DNA of 64,000 nt from Alphaproteobacteria bacterium (GCA_964291215.2 OZ219791.1:1440001-1504000), one strand, 5' to 3'. Shown: positions 41,189 to 51,720, counted from the first letter of the stretch. Numbers and translations are program-made. The notes: generated by a model not told the origin, from the sequence alone.

Positions 41189-42511
41189 ATGGTTTCTGCG
41201 CCAGAACTCGGCCCTGCTGCCCTTGTCCGGCCCGGCCGGGTACACCGCCGCATCTACAGCGATCCCTCGATATTCGAACGGGAAATGAACTACGTGTTCG
41301 GCCGGGCATGGATATATGTCGGCCATGAAAGCGAAATCCGGGAACCCGGCGATTTCGTAAGGACGCGGATCGGCCGCAAGCCGATGGTAATGACCCGCGA
41401 CGAGGACGGCCGGATTTGCGTTATCCACAACCAGTGCGCGCACCGCGGCGCCATGGTCGTCGCCGAAGATCGCGGCAATGCGGCCGAGTTCGTCTGCTGC
41501 TATCATGGCTGGACTTATGGCACCGATGGCAGGCTGGCGCGGGTGCCGCTCCGGCACGGCTATCCGCAGGACTTCGATCCCGAAGATCCGCGGACAGCTA
41601 TGGTCCGCGCCCCCCGGGTTGCCAGCTATCGCGGCTTCGTGTTCGCCTCCCTCGCACCCGACGGCCCGCCGCTCGAGGAGTTCCTCGGACACATGACAAC
41701 CTCGTTCGACGACATGGTCGACCGCGCGCCGGACGGGGAAATCGAGGTTGCCGGTGGCATCTTCAAACACGCCTATGACGGCAACTGGAAGCTCTATCTG
41801 GAGAACCTGTGCGACGCTGCGCACCCGCTTTTTGTCCACCAGTCCTCGATAGCCGCCGCGCACGATCAAGACGAAGATGTCCATACCGACGGTTTCGGCG
41901 AGATTGCCGTGCGTCAGATGCGCCAGAACGGGGCGCCCTACAAGTTCTGGCAGGAGCAGGTCGGCATCTGGACCTACCCGAATGGGCATTCCTTCCTTGG
42001 CGACTATCATGACGACGAGAAACTCGTCGCCGCCAGGCGCGATCCGGTCTTTGCCGACTATATTGCGGCACTGGAGGCGAAGAAGGGCACGGATGAGGCT
42101 CGGCGTATTCTCGAAGTGACGCGCTGGAATTCCAATGTCTATCCCAACCTGTCCTTCATGAGCCAGTTCCGGCAACTCCGCGTCATCCATCCAGTTACAG
42201 TGAACCGGACCGAAGTCCACACCTATTCCTTCCGCCTCAAGGGGGCGCCGGAAGAGATGTTCGAGAACACGATCGCGTTCGCAAACGTCACCAACGGCAC
42301 CGGCTCGCTGGTCCTGACCGACGATCTCGAGACGTATGGCCGCATCGGCGACGGGGTCACGAGCGAAGGTGCGGAATGGATCGAGGTCGGGCGCGGATAC
42401 ACGACCGACCTGCCCGACGACCATGGCGGTATCCGGGGCAGCGACTCCACGAGCGAAGTTTATATCCGGAACATGTATGACGCCTGGCTCGGCTACATGG
42501 CCGCGGCATGA
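41189..42511 (+). CDS. Aromatic ring-hydroxylating Rieske oxygenase alpha subunit
   Basis: CAHRG...CCYHGW, NWK...EN..DAAHPLFVH, DDLE. Confidence 0.92.
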   Translation: MVSAPELGPAALVRPGRVHRRIYSDPSIFEREMNYVFGRAWIYVGHESEIREPGDFVRTRIGRKPMVMTRDEDGRICVIHNQCAHRGAMVVAEDRGNAAEFVCCYHGWTYGTDGRLARVPLRHGYPQDFDPEDPRTAMVRAPRVASYRGFVFASLAPDGPPLEEFLGHMTTSFDDMVDRAPDGEIEVAGGIFKHAYDGNWKLYLENLCDAAHPLFVHQSSIAAAHDQDEDVHTDGFGEIAVRQMRQNGAPYKFWQEQVGIWTYPNGHSFLGDYHDDEKLVAARRDPVFADYIAALEAKKGTDEARRILEVTRWNSNVYPNLSFMSQFRQLRVIHPVTVNRTEVHTYSFRLKGAPEEMFENTIAFANVTNGTGSLVLTDDLETYGRIGDGVTSEGAEWIEVGRGYTTDLPDDHGGIRGSDSTSEVYIRNMYDAWLGYMAAA

Positions 42512-42542
42512 ACGGACCTGACCAGCCTGGCGCGCGTATGCC

Positions 42543-43022
42543 ATGAACGCCGCCGCTCCCCAAGAAATCGAGGCCTTTCTGGTCGCCGAGGCGCGCCTGC
42601 TCGACGAGCGCCGGTGGGCCGATTGGCTGGCGCTGTTCGATGACGAGGCCTGGTACTGGGTCCCGATCGAGGAAGGCCAGCCGGATCCGCGGCGGACCGT
42701 GTCGCTGATCTATGACGACCGCCAGCTTCTCGAGACCCGGATACGCCGGCTTGCCAGCGCACAGCCGCACGCCCAGACGCCGCAATCGAGGACCAGCCGC
42801 ATTGTTGCAAACGCGACCGTCGAGAAGGAGGAGGCCGGAACGGTCACCGTACGGTCCAAGTTCGAGATGATCGAATTCCGGCGCGACGCGCAGCGCCTGT
42901 TCGGCGGGACCCAGTGGCACGGCCTGAAGCATGACGGAAGCACGAGTTTCGTCATCACATGGAAGAAAGTCGAACTTGTCAACTGCGATGGCGTGCTTGA
43001 CGGAATCAACATTCCGTTTTAG
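42543..43022 (+). CDS. Aromatic ring-hydroxylating oxygenase beta subunit
   Basis: [21 protein letters not shown]...[13 protein letters not shown]. Confidence 0.9.
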   Translation: MNAAAPQEIEAFLVAEARLLDERRWADWLALFDDEAWYWVPIEEGQPDPRRTVSLIYDDRQLLETRIRRLASAQPHAQTPQSRTSRIVANATVEKEEAGTVTVRSKFEMIEFRRDAQRLFGGTQWHGLKHDGSTSFVITWKKVELVNCDGVLDGINIPF

Positions 43023-43066
43023 TTTGCCGCCACATCCGTAGTCCGGTACCCGACCAACAAGGAGAC

Positions 43067-43432
43067 ATGATCATGAAGAAATCAGCCATAGCCACAGCCC
43101 TGCTGACCGGCGTTGCCGTAGCAGCCATGAGCAACCAGGTGGCGGCGAAGCCCAACGACAAGCTGACGCTCGCCGAGGCGGCACCCGCGGCGGTGCAGGC
43201 CGCATTCAAGAAGTGGGTCGGCGGCGAGGCTCTGGGCGACGGACGCAAGGACAAGTGCTACGGGATCTCGCTTGCAGGCCAGAACGACTGCAAGGCCGGC
43301 GCGGGAACCAGCTGCGAAGGCTCGTCGACGGCGGATTTCCAGGGCAATGCCTGGTCCCATGCGCCCGCTGGAAGCTGCAAGTTTATCGTGACCCCCAAGG
43401 GCCCCGGCTCGCTTTCCGAGATCAAGCGCTGA
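43067..43432 (+). CDS. DUF2282 (BufA1-like) RiPP precursor with signal peptide
   Basis: [31 protein letters not shown]...PAGSC.....PKGPGSL; four Cys. Confidence 0.9.
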   Translation: MIMKKSAIATALLTGVAVAAMSNQVAAKPNDKLTLAEAAPAAVQAAFKKWVGGEALGDGRKDKCYGISLAGQNDCKAGAGTSCEGSSTADFQGNAWSHAPAGSCKFIVTPKGPGSLSEIKR

Positions 43433-43481
43433 CGCAATAGCGGAGCGTCCGCGCCATCTCCACCGACCCCGGCCGGACGCC

Positions 43482-44336
43482 GTGGACACGGCCAGTCCAA
43501 TCGGAGCCGGGGTCGGTCTGAAGCCGGCCCACATCGAAAGCGCCCTCGGCCATCGCGAATCCGGGCTCTGGTTCGAGGTCCATACGGAAAACTACATGAT
43601 CGCAGGCGGGCCGCGGCTGGAACAGTTGCGGCAGATCCGCGAGATCTTCCCAGTAAGCCTCCATGGCGTCGGCGCGTCGCTCGGCGGAACGGATCAGCTT
43701 GACCGCCGGCACTTAGCAGCGACGAGGCGACTGGTCGACGAGTTCGAACCCGTCCTCGTATCCGAGCACGCCGTATGGTCGGCGGCCGACGGCATCTGGT
43801 TCGCCGATCTCCTGCCGGTCCCGAGGACCGGCGACGCGCTGCGCCATCTGGCGTCCCGCGTACAGCAATACCAGGAAGCTGTCGGCCGGCAGATCCTGCT
43901 CGAGAATCCGACCAACTATCTCCCGTTTGTCAGCGAGATCGACGAACCTGAGTTCCTCAACGAAGTCGCCACCCGCAGCGGATGCGGGCTGCTCCTCGAC
44001 GTCAACAATATCTTTCTCAGCGCCTGCAATTGCGGCATCGACCCCAAACGGTACATCACGGCGCTGGCTGGCGACCGCATCGGTGAAATTCACATCGCCG
44101 GCTTCGAGCCCGACGAGAATCTCGGCCAAGAACTGCTGATCGACACCCATTCCGCACCGGTGAGCAGCGCGGTGTGGGAGCTTCTAGATTTCGCGCTCAG
44201 GCATCTCGGCCCGAGACCCGTGCTTCTCGAACGCGACAACAAGCTGCCGCCCTGGAACACGCTGATGAACGAGCGACGACGCGCCGCCGACGCGCTCCGC
44301 CGCCTGCGGTCAGCACCGGAAGCGATCCTTGCTTGA
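43482..44336 (+). CDS. DUF692 multinuclear non-heme iron oxidase (BufB-like)
   Basis: GVGLKPAH, WFEVHTENY, SLHGVG, SEH, LENP, LLDVNN, EIHIAG, IDTH, LERD. Confidence 0.93.
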   Translation: MDTASPIGAGVGLKPAHIESALGHRESGLWFEVHTENYMIAGGPRLEQLRQIREIFPVSLHGVGASLGGTDQLDRRHLAATRRLVDEFEPVLVSEHAVWSAADGIWFADLLPVPRTGDALRHLASRVQQYQEAVGRQILLENPTNYLPFVSEIDEPEFLNEVATRSGCGLLLDVNNIFLSACNCGIDPKRYITALAGDRIGEIHIAGFEPDENLGQELLIDTHSAPVSSAVWELLDFALRHLGPRPVLLERDNKLPPWNTLMNERRRAADALRRLRSAPEAILA

Positions 44337-45090
44337 AACCTACACCCGGGCCTTTGCCGCCTACATGCGGAGCGGAATTGTGGGCGCACTGTCGGACTAT
44401 TGCGACCCCTGCGCCGATCCTGTCCGGCTCCAAGTCTACCGCAACGGCTTTCTCAAGGCGTGCACGGACGCGCTCAGGGCAAGCTATCCGGCGGTCGAGC
44501 ACATTGTCGGAGAGGACAGCTTTGCGACACTGGCACGCCCCTTCATCGAAACCAAACCACCGCGCACGGCCAGCCTTGTCGGATATGGCAGCGATTTCCC
44601 AACCTTCCTCGCGCAGTCCGCGGAGGTCCACGGACTACCCTACCTTGCTTCGTTCGCCACCCTCGACTGGGCCTGGTTGGAGGTCTATTTCGCCGAGGAT
44701 CCGCCCGTCTCGCCGGATGTTCCGGAGGGCCTTGACGCCGGGGACGACCCGGCGCGCATACTCGAGCGGCGTGGCGGCCTTGCGTCATGGGCGCGGCTGG
44801 TCGCGCTCGACTACGGCGCCCTCGACATATGGATGCGGATCCGGGACGACGAGCTCGACCGCCGGACCAAAATCGCGGCGGAGCCCGAGCACATCCTCGT
44901 CTGGCGCAACGGCATGGAGATCCACCACCGTAGCCTGCCGCCGGCCGAGTACGCGTTTCTTGCCGACCTCGCGGCGGGCTGGCCCTGCGGCGACGCCGCT
45001 ACGTCAGCGCTTGAGGCCGATGTGGAATTCGATCTCGCCAACGCCTTCGCGACGCTGCTTCATCATCAGATCGTGGTGTTCCGAGACTGA
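44329..45090 (+). CDS. DUF2063 partner protein (BufC-like)
   Basis: RLQVYRNG...AL...YPAV...VG...F, YG..FP.FL, PYL...A.LDWA. Confidence 0.88.
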   Translation: MLETYTRAFAAYMRSGIVGALSDYCDPCADPVRLQVYRNGFLKACTDALRASYPAVEHIVGEDSFATLARPFIETKPPRTASLVGYGSDFPTFLAQSAEVHGLPYLASFATLDWAWLEVYFAEDPPVSPDVPEGLDAGDDPARILERRGGLASWARLVALDYGALDIWMRIRDDELDRRTKIAAEPEHILVWRNGMEIHHRSLPPAEYAFLADLAAGWPCGDAATSALEADVEFDLANAFATLLHHQIVVFRD

Positions 45091-45252
45091 CGGTCTCCGG
45101 CACCACCAGACGCGGCCCCGGCGGCGTGCGACACTGAAGCCTGCGGCAGGTAGCCGGTCTCGGGGTCCGAACCTGCCGGTTGCACGGCAGCGCCGGTTGT
45201 TCTAGCGTCAGGATCGCAGCGGCGGCGCAACATGGACAGGAGCAGCGGAGCC

Positions 45253-45777
45253 ATGATCTCGACATATCGAGCGTTGTTCGTTCGCAGTTTCCAGCAACTC
45301 GAACCGCTCTCGCTACTGTGCCTCAGGCTTGCCATAGCGAAGGTGTTCTGGGATTCCGGGGTGACCAAGTGGAACGGTTTTCTCGATTTCAACGCCGGCA
45401 AGTTCGACCTGTTCCTTTACGAGTTCTTCTGTCCGAAGCCGCCGCGGGCAGGAGCGCTGCAGCTCTGCGATCCGAATACCCTTGAGTACACCCAGGGCTC
45501 CTTCATGGTCACCGCCGTCAAGGCGCTGGCGGTGCTGGCAGGGGTGGTCGAAATCGTCCTTCCCATACTGCTCGTGGTCGGGCTCCTGAGCCGCCTGTCC
45601 GCACTCGGGCTTTTCGGTATGACCATCTTCATCCAGCTCGCCGTGTTTCCCAGCTGGGAACATTGGTGGAACCCCGCCGTCTGGTGGGCGGTCATCCTGC
45701 TGCTCCTGATAACGCGCGGGCCCGGCTCCTGGTCCCTCGACCACCTGTTCCGTCTGGAAGGTCATTCGTGGAGGTGA
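45253..45777 (+). CDS. DoxX family membrane protein (BufD-like)
   Basis: RLAIAKVFWDSGVTKW, EIVLPILLVVGLLSRLSALGL, GPGSWSLD. Start could be 45232. Confidence 0.88.
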   Translation: MISTYRALFVRSFQQLEPLSLLCLRLAIAKVFWDSGVTKWNGFLDFNAGKFDLFLYEFFCPKPPRAGALQLCDPNTLEYTQGSFMVTAVKALAVLAGVVEIVLPILLVVGLLSRLSALGLFGMTIFIQLAVFPSWEHWWNPAVWWAVILLLLITRGPGSWSLDHLFRLEGHSWR

Positions 45778-45924
45778 CCTGGACAGCCGACTGCCTTAAC
45801 CCAAGTTGGCACTTTTTGCGTCAGTTGAAGGGGAAATTTATGCGGCAGCCTCACTCGATATACCTTATGTTAGCATTTTCGTGACATTGCCTACTATATT
45901 TACGATTTCCTGTCCGAGATGGCC

Positions 45925-47140
45925 GGTGTAGTGCCAGAATATTGCCGATTCGCTCGACCCCGCCGCCAAATCCGGTATATCCTCGTCAACACAAAAGGCT
46001 CCAGACAATATGTTCATCAGGGCAACCAAAACCCGCAGCACCGCAGACGGCAAACCCGTTTACCGGCTCGTGCTTTCTCAGCGCACCGACGACAAGGTCA
46101 GGCAGCGCACCCTGCCTCGGTACCGACTGTCCGGTGGCGCGCAAGAACCGGAAGGAGGTTACCGCCGAAGCGCTGCTCCACGGCCACCCGCCACTGTTCG
46201 AAGCCGCGTGCAGGCCGCAGCCGAGAACATCGTCAACAAGGGCCCGGAGGTTCCGCGCCGATGCTCTGGAGGAAGACGCACGCAAATTGCGACCGTCAAC
46301 CTCGACAGCCTCGAGCACGAGAACCCGCGTTCGGTCGGCTGCCTGTGCCTCGAGGCGCGATCTCGGCTTCACGACCTCGGCATCACGGGCCGCGAGTGCG
46401 CTGATCGTCGCCAGGATGATCCGCCAGCGAGCGCTGGCTGCGCGATGACAGCGCGACCGCGGAGCTTCCGGAGCGCAAGGCGCGCAAGACGCCGTACCGA
46501 ATCGGCGACCTGCGTCACCGGGCCGCCATCCGGAAGGAACTGTTCAACCACGAGCGCGCGCTGCATCCCCGACACCATCGCCTTTTACGACCTCACCAAT
46601 GTTCACGGCCGCGCCGACGGCAAGCTCCCCCGCTTCGGGCGCTCGAAGCAGAAGCGCAATGATTGCCCCACGCTGGCGCTCGACGGCGCGGGCTTTCGGT
46701 GCAGTTGCGAGGTCTTGCCGGGCAACGTGGCCGGGCACGGATGCGCTGGCGAGGCTGGAGGCGGGCCCGGCGGCAAAGCCGACGGTAGTCATAGACGCCG
46801 GCACCGAGGCGAACATCGCGTGGCGAGCACGACTGGATCGCGGGCGGCGCCGCCCGAGGGTGGGCCCGAGGCTGATCACCAGCACCAACCACGAGGTGCA
46901 GGCGCCTTGCCAGCGAGGATGGCGCGGCTCCACGTGGTCAGCGAGAGCAGGAAGAGGGCCGAGGACGCCATTCCTGGCTGTAGGGCTTCGAGGCGGCAAA
47001 GTTCCACCTCTCGGCCAAGGGCCGGCGCCACGACAAGGTGCCGGAGAGCGGTCTCAAGCAGCGCTTCTCCACCGTCGCCCGGCACTACGAGATCACTGTC
47101 GAGAAGGCCGGCGCTAACGCAACTGCCGCTTCAGCCATAG
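45925..47140 (+). mobile_element. IS1634-family transposase remnant
   Basis: MFIRATKTR...YRLV.SQR...KVRQRTL, FYDLTN, RFGRSKQKRNDCP, VLPGNV; heavily deleted. Confidence 0.75.
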
Positions 47141-47154
47141 GCCGCAATACGACA

Positions 47155-48758
47155 AGCATCCATGTTTCCTTGCAAGGCTTTCGCGGGTGTCCGCGGTGGT
47201 GTTTTCCGTGGTTGTCCACAGGCGGTCCGGGGTTCCGCCTTGTCGATGTCCTGCGAGCGAGGCGACATGCAGCTTGTGGTCCCGGCGGCGGGTTGCCGTC
47301 CGTTGCTCATGGTCACGTGAGCGCGGCCACCTTGCCGCCCAGCGTCCCCGGGCATGGTAACGTTACCGTGGTCAATGGGGTTCCGGGTGTCCCGTCCGTA
47401 GCCGCGCGGCGGTTCGATGTCCTTGAGAGCCTCAATGTCGGCCTCGACGATGATCTGCAGACGTTCTCCGTAAGCCGTGTCGCGCAGGGAGTCGGGGAGA
47501 CTGTCGAAACTGTCCCGATAGTGCTCCTGCAATGCACCGAGCCACCGCATCGCGCCAGCGTTGCGCACGGGAACGACGGGGCTTTCGGTGGTGGACGGCG
47601 GAGATTTGCGGCGTTCCCGATAACGGCGCTGCTTCTCGGCAGGGGCGAGAGCCATGAGAGTGTCTCCTTCGCTCACTCACCGGTGCTTCGGGCGACCAGC
47701 AGCGCTGCTGTCGCAGCAAGGTGTTCGCCAGCACGTTGCGCATCACGGCGACAATCGCGACCTTGCTTGCCGGCGGTCTCGAGGCGTTCGAACACCAGGT
47801 CCGCGTTGAAGCGTGCCGGTTGCGGCCATGAACAGGAGATCGCGTGGCCTTCTGCGCCCGCCTCGGATGTGTCGGGCACCGTGGCCGTCGGCCATCGGCG
47901 CCATCCCGATCAAGGCTGCCGACGCTGCCGAGTTCGGGCATCCAGAAGGGCGGCGGCGGTCACCGGACCGGGGATCGAGGTCAGGATGCCGTACCTCTGC
48001 TCGGGATCACGGACGATCACCGCTTTGATTGCCGCACCGGCAATCATCGAAATCGGCCGCCGAGGCCCTTGTGACGGTCTCGCCATCCACCTCATCTGCC
48101 ACCTGCCTGGCGTCGACAAGCGCGGCACCAAGAGATCCTCCAGGCTCTTGAGGAAGGCACCCTGAGGAGCTACAGGCTCGAGATCGCACCGTGCCGATCC
48201 TGGCCAGCGTCGACGCGATTGGCCAGATGGCCCAACGCTTCGGCGAAGCCCGCAGCGGGCAGGACAACCTCGAAGCCCCGGTCATGAAGACACTGGTAAA
48301 CCCTGCGGTGATAGCGGCCTGTCGCCTCCATCACCACACGGGTCACCTCGGAGGCTGCGAAGCTACGTGCCCGCCAGCTCGTGGCGTCGTTCGCAAAACG
48401 ACGCGCTGCCGCACGGACTGGCCTTGCTGACCCCTGCTACTACCTTGACCATTGTCCCTTGCTCCTCGTCTCATGATGATACGGCTTAAACTCGGGCATC
48501 CATTCAGGACGCAAGGGACGCCAAGGGAGGTTGGTCGACCACGCTCGGGAACGGCTCTGCAAGGCCAAGGCGGAAACGGCAACCTTCGCGGAGATCGTTT
48601 GATCCCCGCACCCCTGTGCATGCTCGCACAGGGAAGCGGAATCTCTCTGCAACCATAGACCGGGCACCCTCCCACAGTCGAGGTTATCCACATTTTCCCG
48701 CCCCCGACCGCTGTGGGTGATTGCATCATCACTGGGACAAAACCTGGTCATATAAGGC
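47155..48758 (-). mobile_element. IS110-family element with long 5' non-coding region and downstream passenger ORF, copy 1 (decayed)
   Basis: ATG 48452 MVKVVAGV; fragments LTSIPGPVTAAALL, MPELGSVGSL, HIRGGRR, KVAIVAVMR. Homologous in inverted orientation to 56751-58094. Confidence 0.8.
47385..47655 (-). pseudogene. Small passenger protein of the IS110 element
   Basis: RBS AAGGAG; MALAPAEKQRRYRERRK...RSRAQRWRDAVA...LQEHY...DSLPDSLRDTAYGERLQII...IEPPRGYGRD, frameshifted. Homologue at about 57770-57900. Confidence 0.6.
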
Positions 48759-48928
48759 GGAAAACCTGAGCATGATTGCCGAGCCGGGTGTCGGGAAGGG
48801 ACGACATCTTCAACGCCGAGATCCCTCCCGCCTGCCAGCGCGACCTGTGGGCGGGCAAATCCGGCTCCTTGGCCGAACGCTGCGATGGCTGCTATCCTGG
48901 CGACAGACAAAAGCCGAAGGAGCAACAG

Positions 48929-49732
48929 GTGCAGGTCGACATAGGCAACCACACGCTCAACTGTGAAATAAGCGGCTCCGACGGTGCCCCCTGGATGATG
49001 TTCAGCCACGCGCTCGGCAACAACCTCAATCTCTGGAACGACCAGGTGTCCCTGCTGCAGGACCAATTCCGGATCCTGCGTTATGACCAGCGCGGCCACG
49101 GCAGATCGGACGCGCCTCCCGGTCCGTATTCCTTCGCCGACCTCATGGCCGACGCCGTGGCGCTTCTCGATCATTTCGACATAGACAAAACCCACTGGGT
49201 CGGACTCTCGATCGGCGGCATGCTCGGCTACGGCCTCGCCCAGGAACACGGAAACCGGCTGCTGTCGCTGACCGCCTGCGCCGCCCGGCCCGACGCGCCG
49301 CCCGACTACGCCGGCTATTTCCAGTATCGTATTGACACCGTCCGCGCCAGCGGGATGGAGGGTATCGTCGAGCCGACGATCGAGCGGTGGTTCACGCCGG
49401 CGACCCGCCAGCAGAACCCGTCCTCACTGGACGACATCCGCGCGGCGCTCCGCGCCACCAGCCCGGCCGGGCACGAGGGGTGCTGCGAAGCCCTGAAACG
49501 CCTCGCCTTCGGAGCCGGCCTCGCGAGGATCAGCGTGCCGACATTGATCATCGGCGGCGCCGAGGACAAGGGCGCGCCACCCGAAATTCTTGCCGAGGCT
49601 GCCAAGGCCATACCGGACTGCCGCCATGTCGTGGTACCACGCGCAGGACACATCTCCAACATAGAGAACCCCGCAAGTTTCAACGAGGCGCTCGAAGGGT
49701 TCCTCTCGGAAGTGACGATGGTTGCGGCCTGA
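48929..49732 (+). CDS. Alpha/beta hydrolase, PcaD-like
   Basis: GTG start after AGGAG; FSHALG, RYDQRGHG, GLSIGG, AGHISNIENP. Confidence 0.85.
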   Translation: MQVDIGNHTLNCEISGSDGAPWMMFSHALGNNLNLWNDQVSLLQDQFRILRYDQRGHGRSDAPPGPYSFADLMADAVALLDHFDIDKTHWVGLSIGGMLGYGLAQEHGNRLLSLTACAARPDAPPDYAGYFQYRIDTVRASGMEGIVEPTIERWFTPATRQQNPSSLDDIRAALRATSPAGHEGCCEALKRLAFGAGLARISVPTLIIGGAEDKGAPPEILAEAAKAIPDCRHVVVPRAGHISNIENPASFNEALEGFLSEVTMVAA

Positions 49733-49736
49733 AGCC

Positions 49737-50252
49737 ATGACAGCACCCGCCGGCCCGCGCGGCGCCGAAATCATCGATGCATTGAAATCGGCACACGTAA
49801 CGCATGTCGCCGCCCTTCCCGACATCACGACCAGCGCCGGGCTGCTGTGGCCGCTGTCAAGGGATCGCGACCTAAATCTCATCCGCCTCAGCAAGGAAGA
49901 CGAGGGCGTCTCGATCTGCGCGGGACTGGCCTTCTGCGATCGGCGCGCCGTGTTGCTCATGCAGCAGACCGGGCTCATGGATTCGCTCAATGCGGTGCGC
50001 GCAATCGCGGTGGAATACGGCCAGCCGGTCTGCATGCTGGTCGGCCTCCTCGGCAAGGAACCCGATCGCGCGCCGCAGGATTCGGAGAGTTACGGCGTGC
50101 GGATCATAGAACCGGTCCTCGACGCCATGGGCATCGACCGTCTGCTGATCGAGAGTTCGGACGACATCGCCCGCCTGGCGCCCGCCATCGACCGCGCCTA
50201 TGCCGAATCGCGCCCTGTGGCGGCACTGATCGGAAGGACCGTCAGGGAATGA
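49737..50252 (+). CDS. TPP-dependent decarboxylase alpha subunit (ComD/sulfopyruvate decarboxylase-like)
   Basis: VAALPD, KEDEGVSICAGL, LLMQQTGLMDSLNA. Confidence 0.78.
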   Translation: MTAPAGPRGAEIIDALKSAHVTHVAALPDITTSAGLLWPLSRDRDLNLIRLSKEDEGVSICAGLAFCDRRAVLLMQQTGLMDSLNAVRAIAVEYGQPVCMLVGLLGKEPDRAPQDSESYGVRIIEPVLDAMGIDRLLIESSDDIARLAPAIDRAYAESRPVAALIGRTVRE

Positions 50253-50845
50253 TGCAGCGCAGGGCCTGTTTCGAGAAGATTGCCGAAATGCGCAATGGCG
50301 CCGTCGTGGTCCCAACCTATTCGTCGGCATTCGAATGGCACCGGGTCGACCCCAATCCGCTGAATTTCGTGAGCGTCGGTGCCATGGGTCAGGCCTCCTC
50401 GCACGCCCTGGGGCTCGCGCTCGGAATGCCACATCACCGGATCATCGTGCTTGATGGCGACGGCAGCCTCCTGATGAACCTTTCCAGCCTCGTGACCGTC
50501 GCCAATGCGGCGCCAGTGAGGCTCGTTCACTTCGTGGTTGAGAACGGCACCTACGAGGCCAACGGTGGCCACCCGATACCGGCGCGCGAACGAATCGACT
50601 TCGCGGGCCTGGCGCGCGCCGCCGGCTACGCGGAAGCCCGCAGCTTCGACGGCCTCAACCGTTTCGCGTCCGAACTGCCGGAACTTCTGGAGATGCCGGG
50701 TCCGGTATTCGCCGCCCTCAGGGTCGAGGCAGGAGACGCGCCGCAACTCGCATACGACTATGCATGGCTGCACAGCCCGGACCGCAGGCGGGAGTTCAGG
50801 GACGCAATCAGGCCCATCCTCGCGGCCGGGGCCGCAAGGACCTGA
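50249..50845 (+). CDS. TPP-dependent decarboxylase beta subunit (ComE-like)
   Basis: GAMGQASSHALGLALG, LDGDGSLLMNL, ENGTYEANGG. ATGA overlap. Confidence 0.8.
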   Translation: MMQRRACFEKIAEMRNGAVVVPTYSSAFEWHRVDPNPLNFVSVGAMGQASSHALGLALGMPHHRIIVLDGDGSLLMNLSSLVTVANAAPVRLVHFVVENGTYEANGGHPIPARERIDFAGLARAAGYAEARSFDGLNRFASELPELLEMPGPVFAALRVEAGDAPQLAYDYAWLHSPDRRREFRDAIRPILAAGAART

Positions 50846-50862
50846 AGATTCCGCGAACGCAG

Positions 50863-51720
50863 TCAGCCTTTTCTGGCGCCCTCGCGTTCCGCGAAGTCGA
50901 AATAGAGATCCCGCGCCAACGTGGCGATCGGACCGATCTGGTAGTCGCTGTCGGCGACCCGCACCACGGGCAAGATCTTGGAGTAGTTTCCGGTGAGAAA
51001 CACTTCATCGGCGTCGAACAAATCGTCAAGCGCGAGCGTCGCCTCCTCGACCGGCGTGCCGGCATCCGACAGGAGTTCGATCACCCTCCGGCGGGTCAGG
51101 CCCGAAAGAAAGCAGCCATTGGCGGCCGGAGTCTTTGCAACCCCGTCCTTGGCAAGAAACAAGTTGTTGACAGCGAACTCCGCGACGTTGCCCAGCGCAT
51201 CGAGGACCACGGCGGTGTTGAATCCCTTCTCCTTGGCTTCCCGCAGGGCTCGGCCAACGTTCGGATAGAGGCACGACGCCTTGGCGTTGGTGGGGGCGGT
51301 CTCCGGTGTCGGACGCCTGTAGCTTGAGACGCATGCGGTCACACCGTGCCACATGGGAAGCGGAGCATCGAATATGGTCAGGATGAAACGTGAGGACGCG
51401 GGATCCGGCGTGATGAAGCCGTCCTCGAAATACATCAGGGGGCGAACATAGAGTTCGGCGTCTTTCGGGAACCGCTCGATTCCCTCCCAGGAGAGCGCAA
51501 CCATCTCCTCGGCGGACATCGGCACGTTCATGTGAAACGTCCGCGCCGATTCCATCATCCGCGCACAGTGCCGGTCGAGATCGGGAGCCAAGCGCCGGAA
51601 TGCGCGGGCGCCATCGAAGACAGACGACGCCATCCACCACGAATGACTCATCGGCCCAAGGAGGGGCGGGTTGCCCTCGATCCACTCCCCGTCGATCCAG
51701 GTGATCGTCCCGAGACTCAT
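50863..51720 (-). CDS. Branched-chain amino acid aminotransferase (class IV)
   Basis: SSVFDGARAF, LYVRP, AKASCLYPN, FLSGLTRRRVI, ADEVFLTGN. Confidence 0.9.
   Translation of the reverse strand: MSLGTITWIDGEWIEGNPPLLGPMSHSWWMASSVFDGARAFRRLAPDLDRHCARMMESARTFHMNVPMSAEEMVALSWEGIERFPKDAELYVRPLMYFEDGFITPDPASSRFILTIFDAPLPMWHGVTACVSSYRRPTPETAPTNAKASCLYPNVGRALREAKEKGFNTAVVLDALGNVAEFAVNNLFLAKDGVAKTPAANGCFLSGLTRRRVIELLSDAGTPVEEATLALDDLFDADEVFLTGNYSKILPVVRVADSDYQIGPIATLARDLYFDFAEREGARKG

Noticed and set aside
45806-45822. TTGGCAC...TTGC sigma-54-like motif
   Set aside because: The spacing between GG and GC is 8 nt rather than the required 10, and no intact gene follows.
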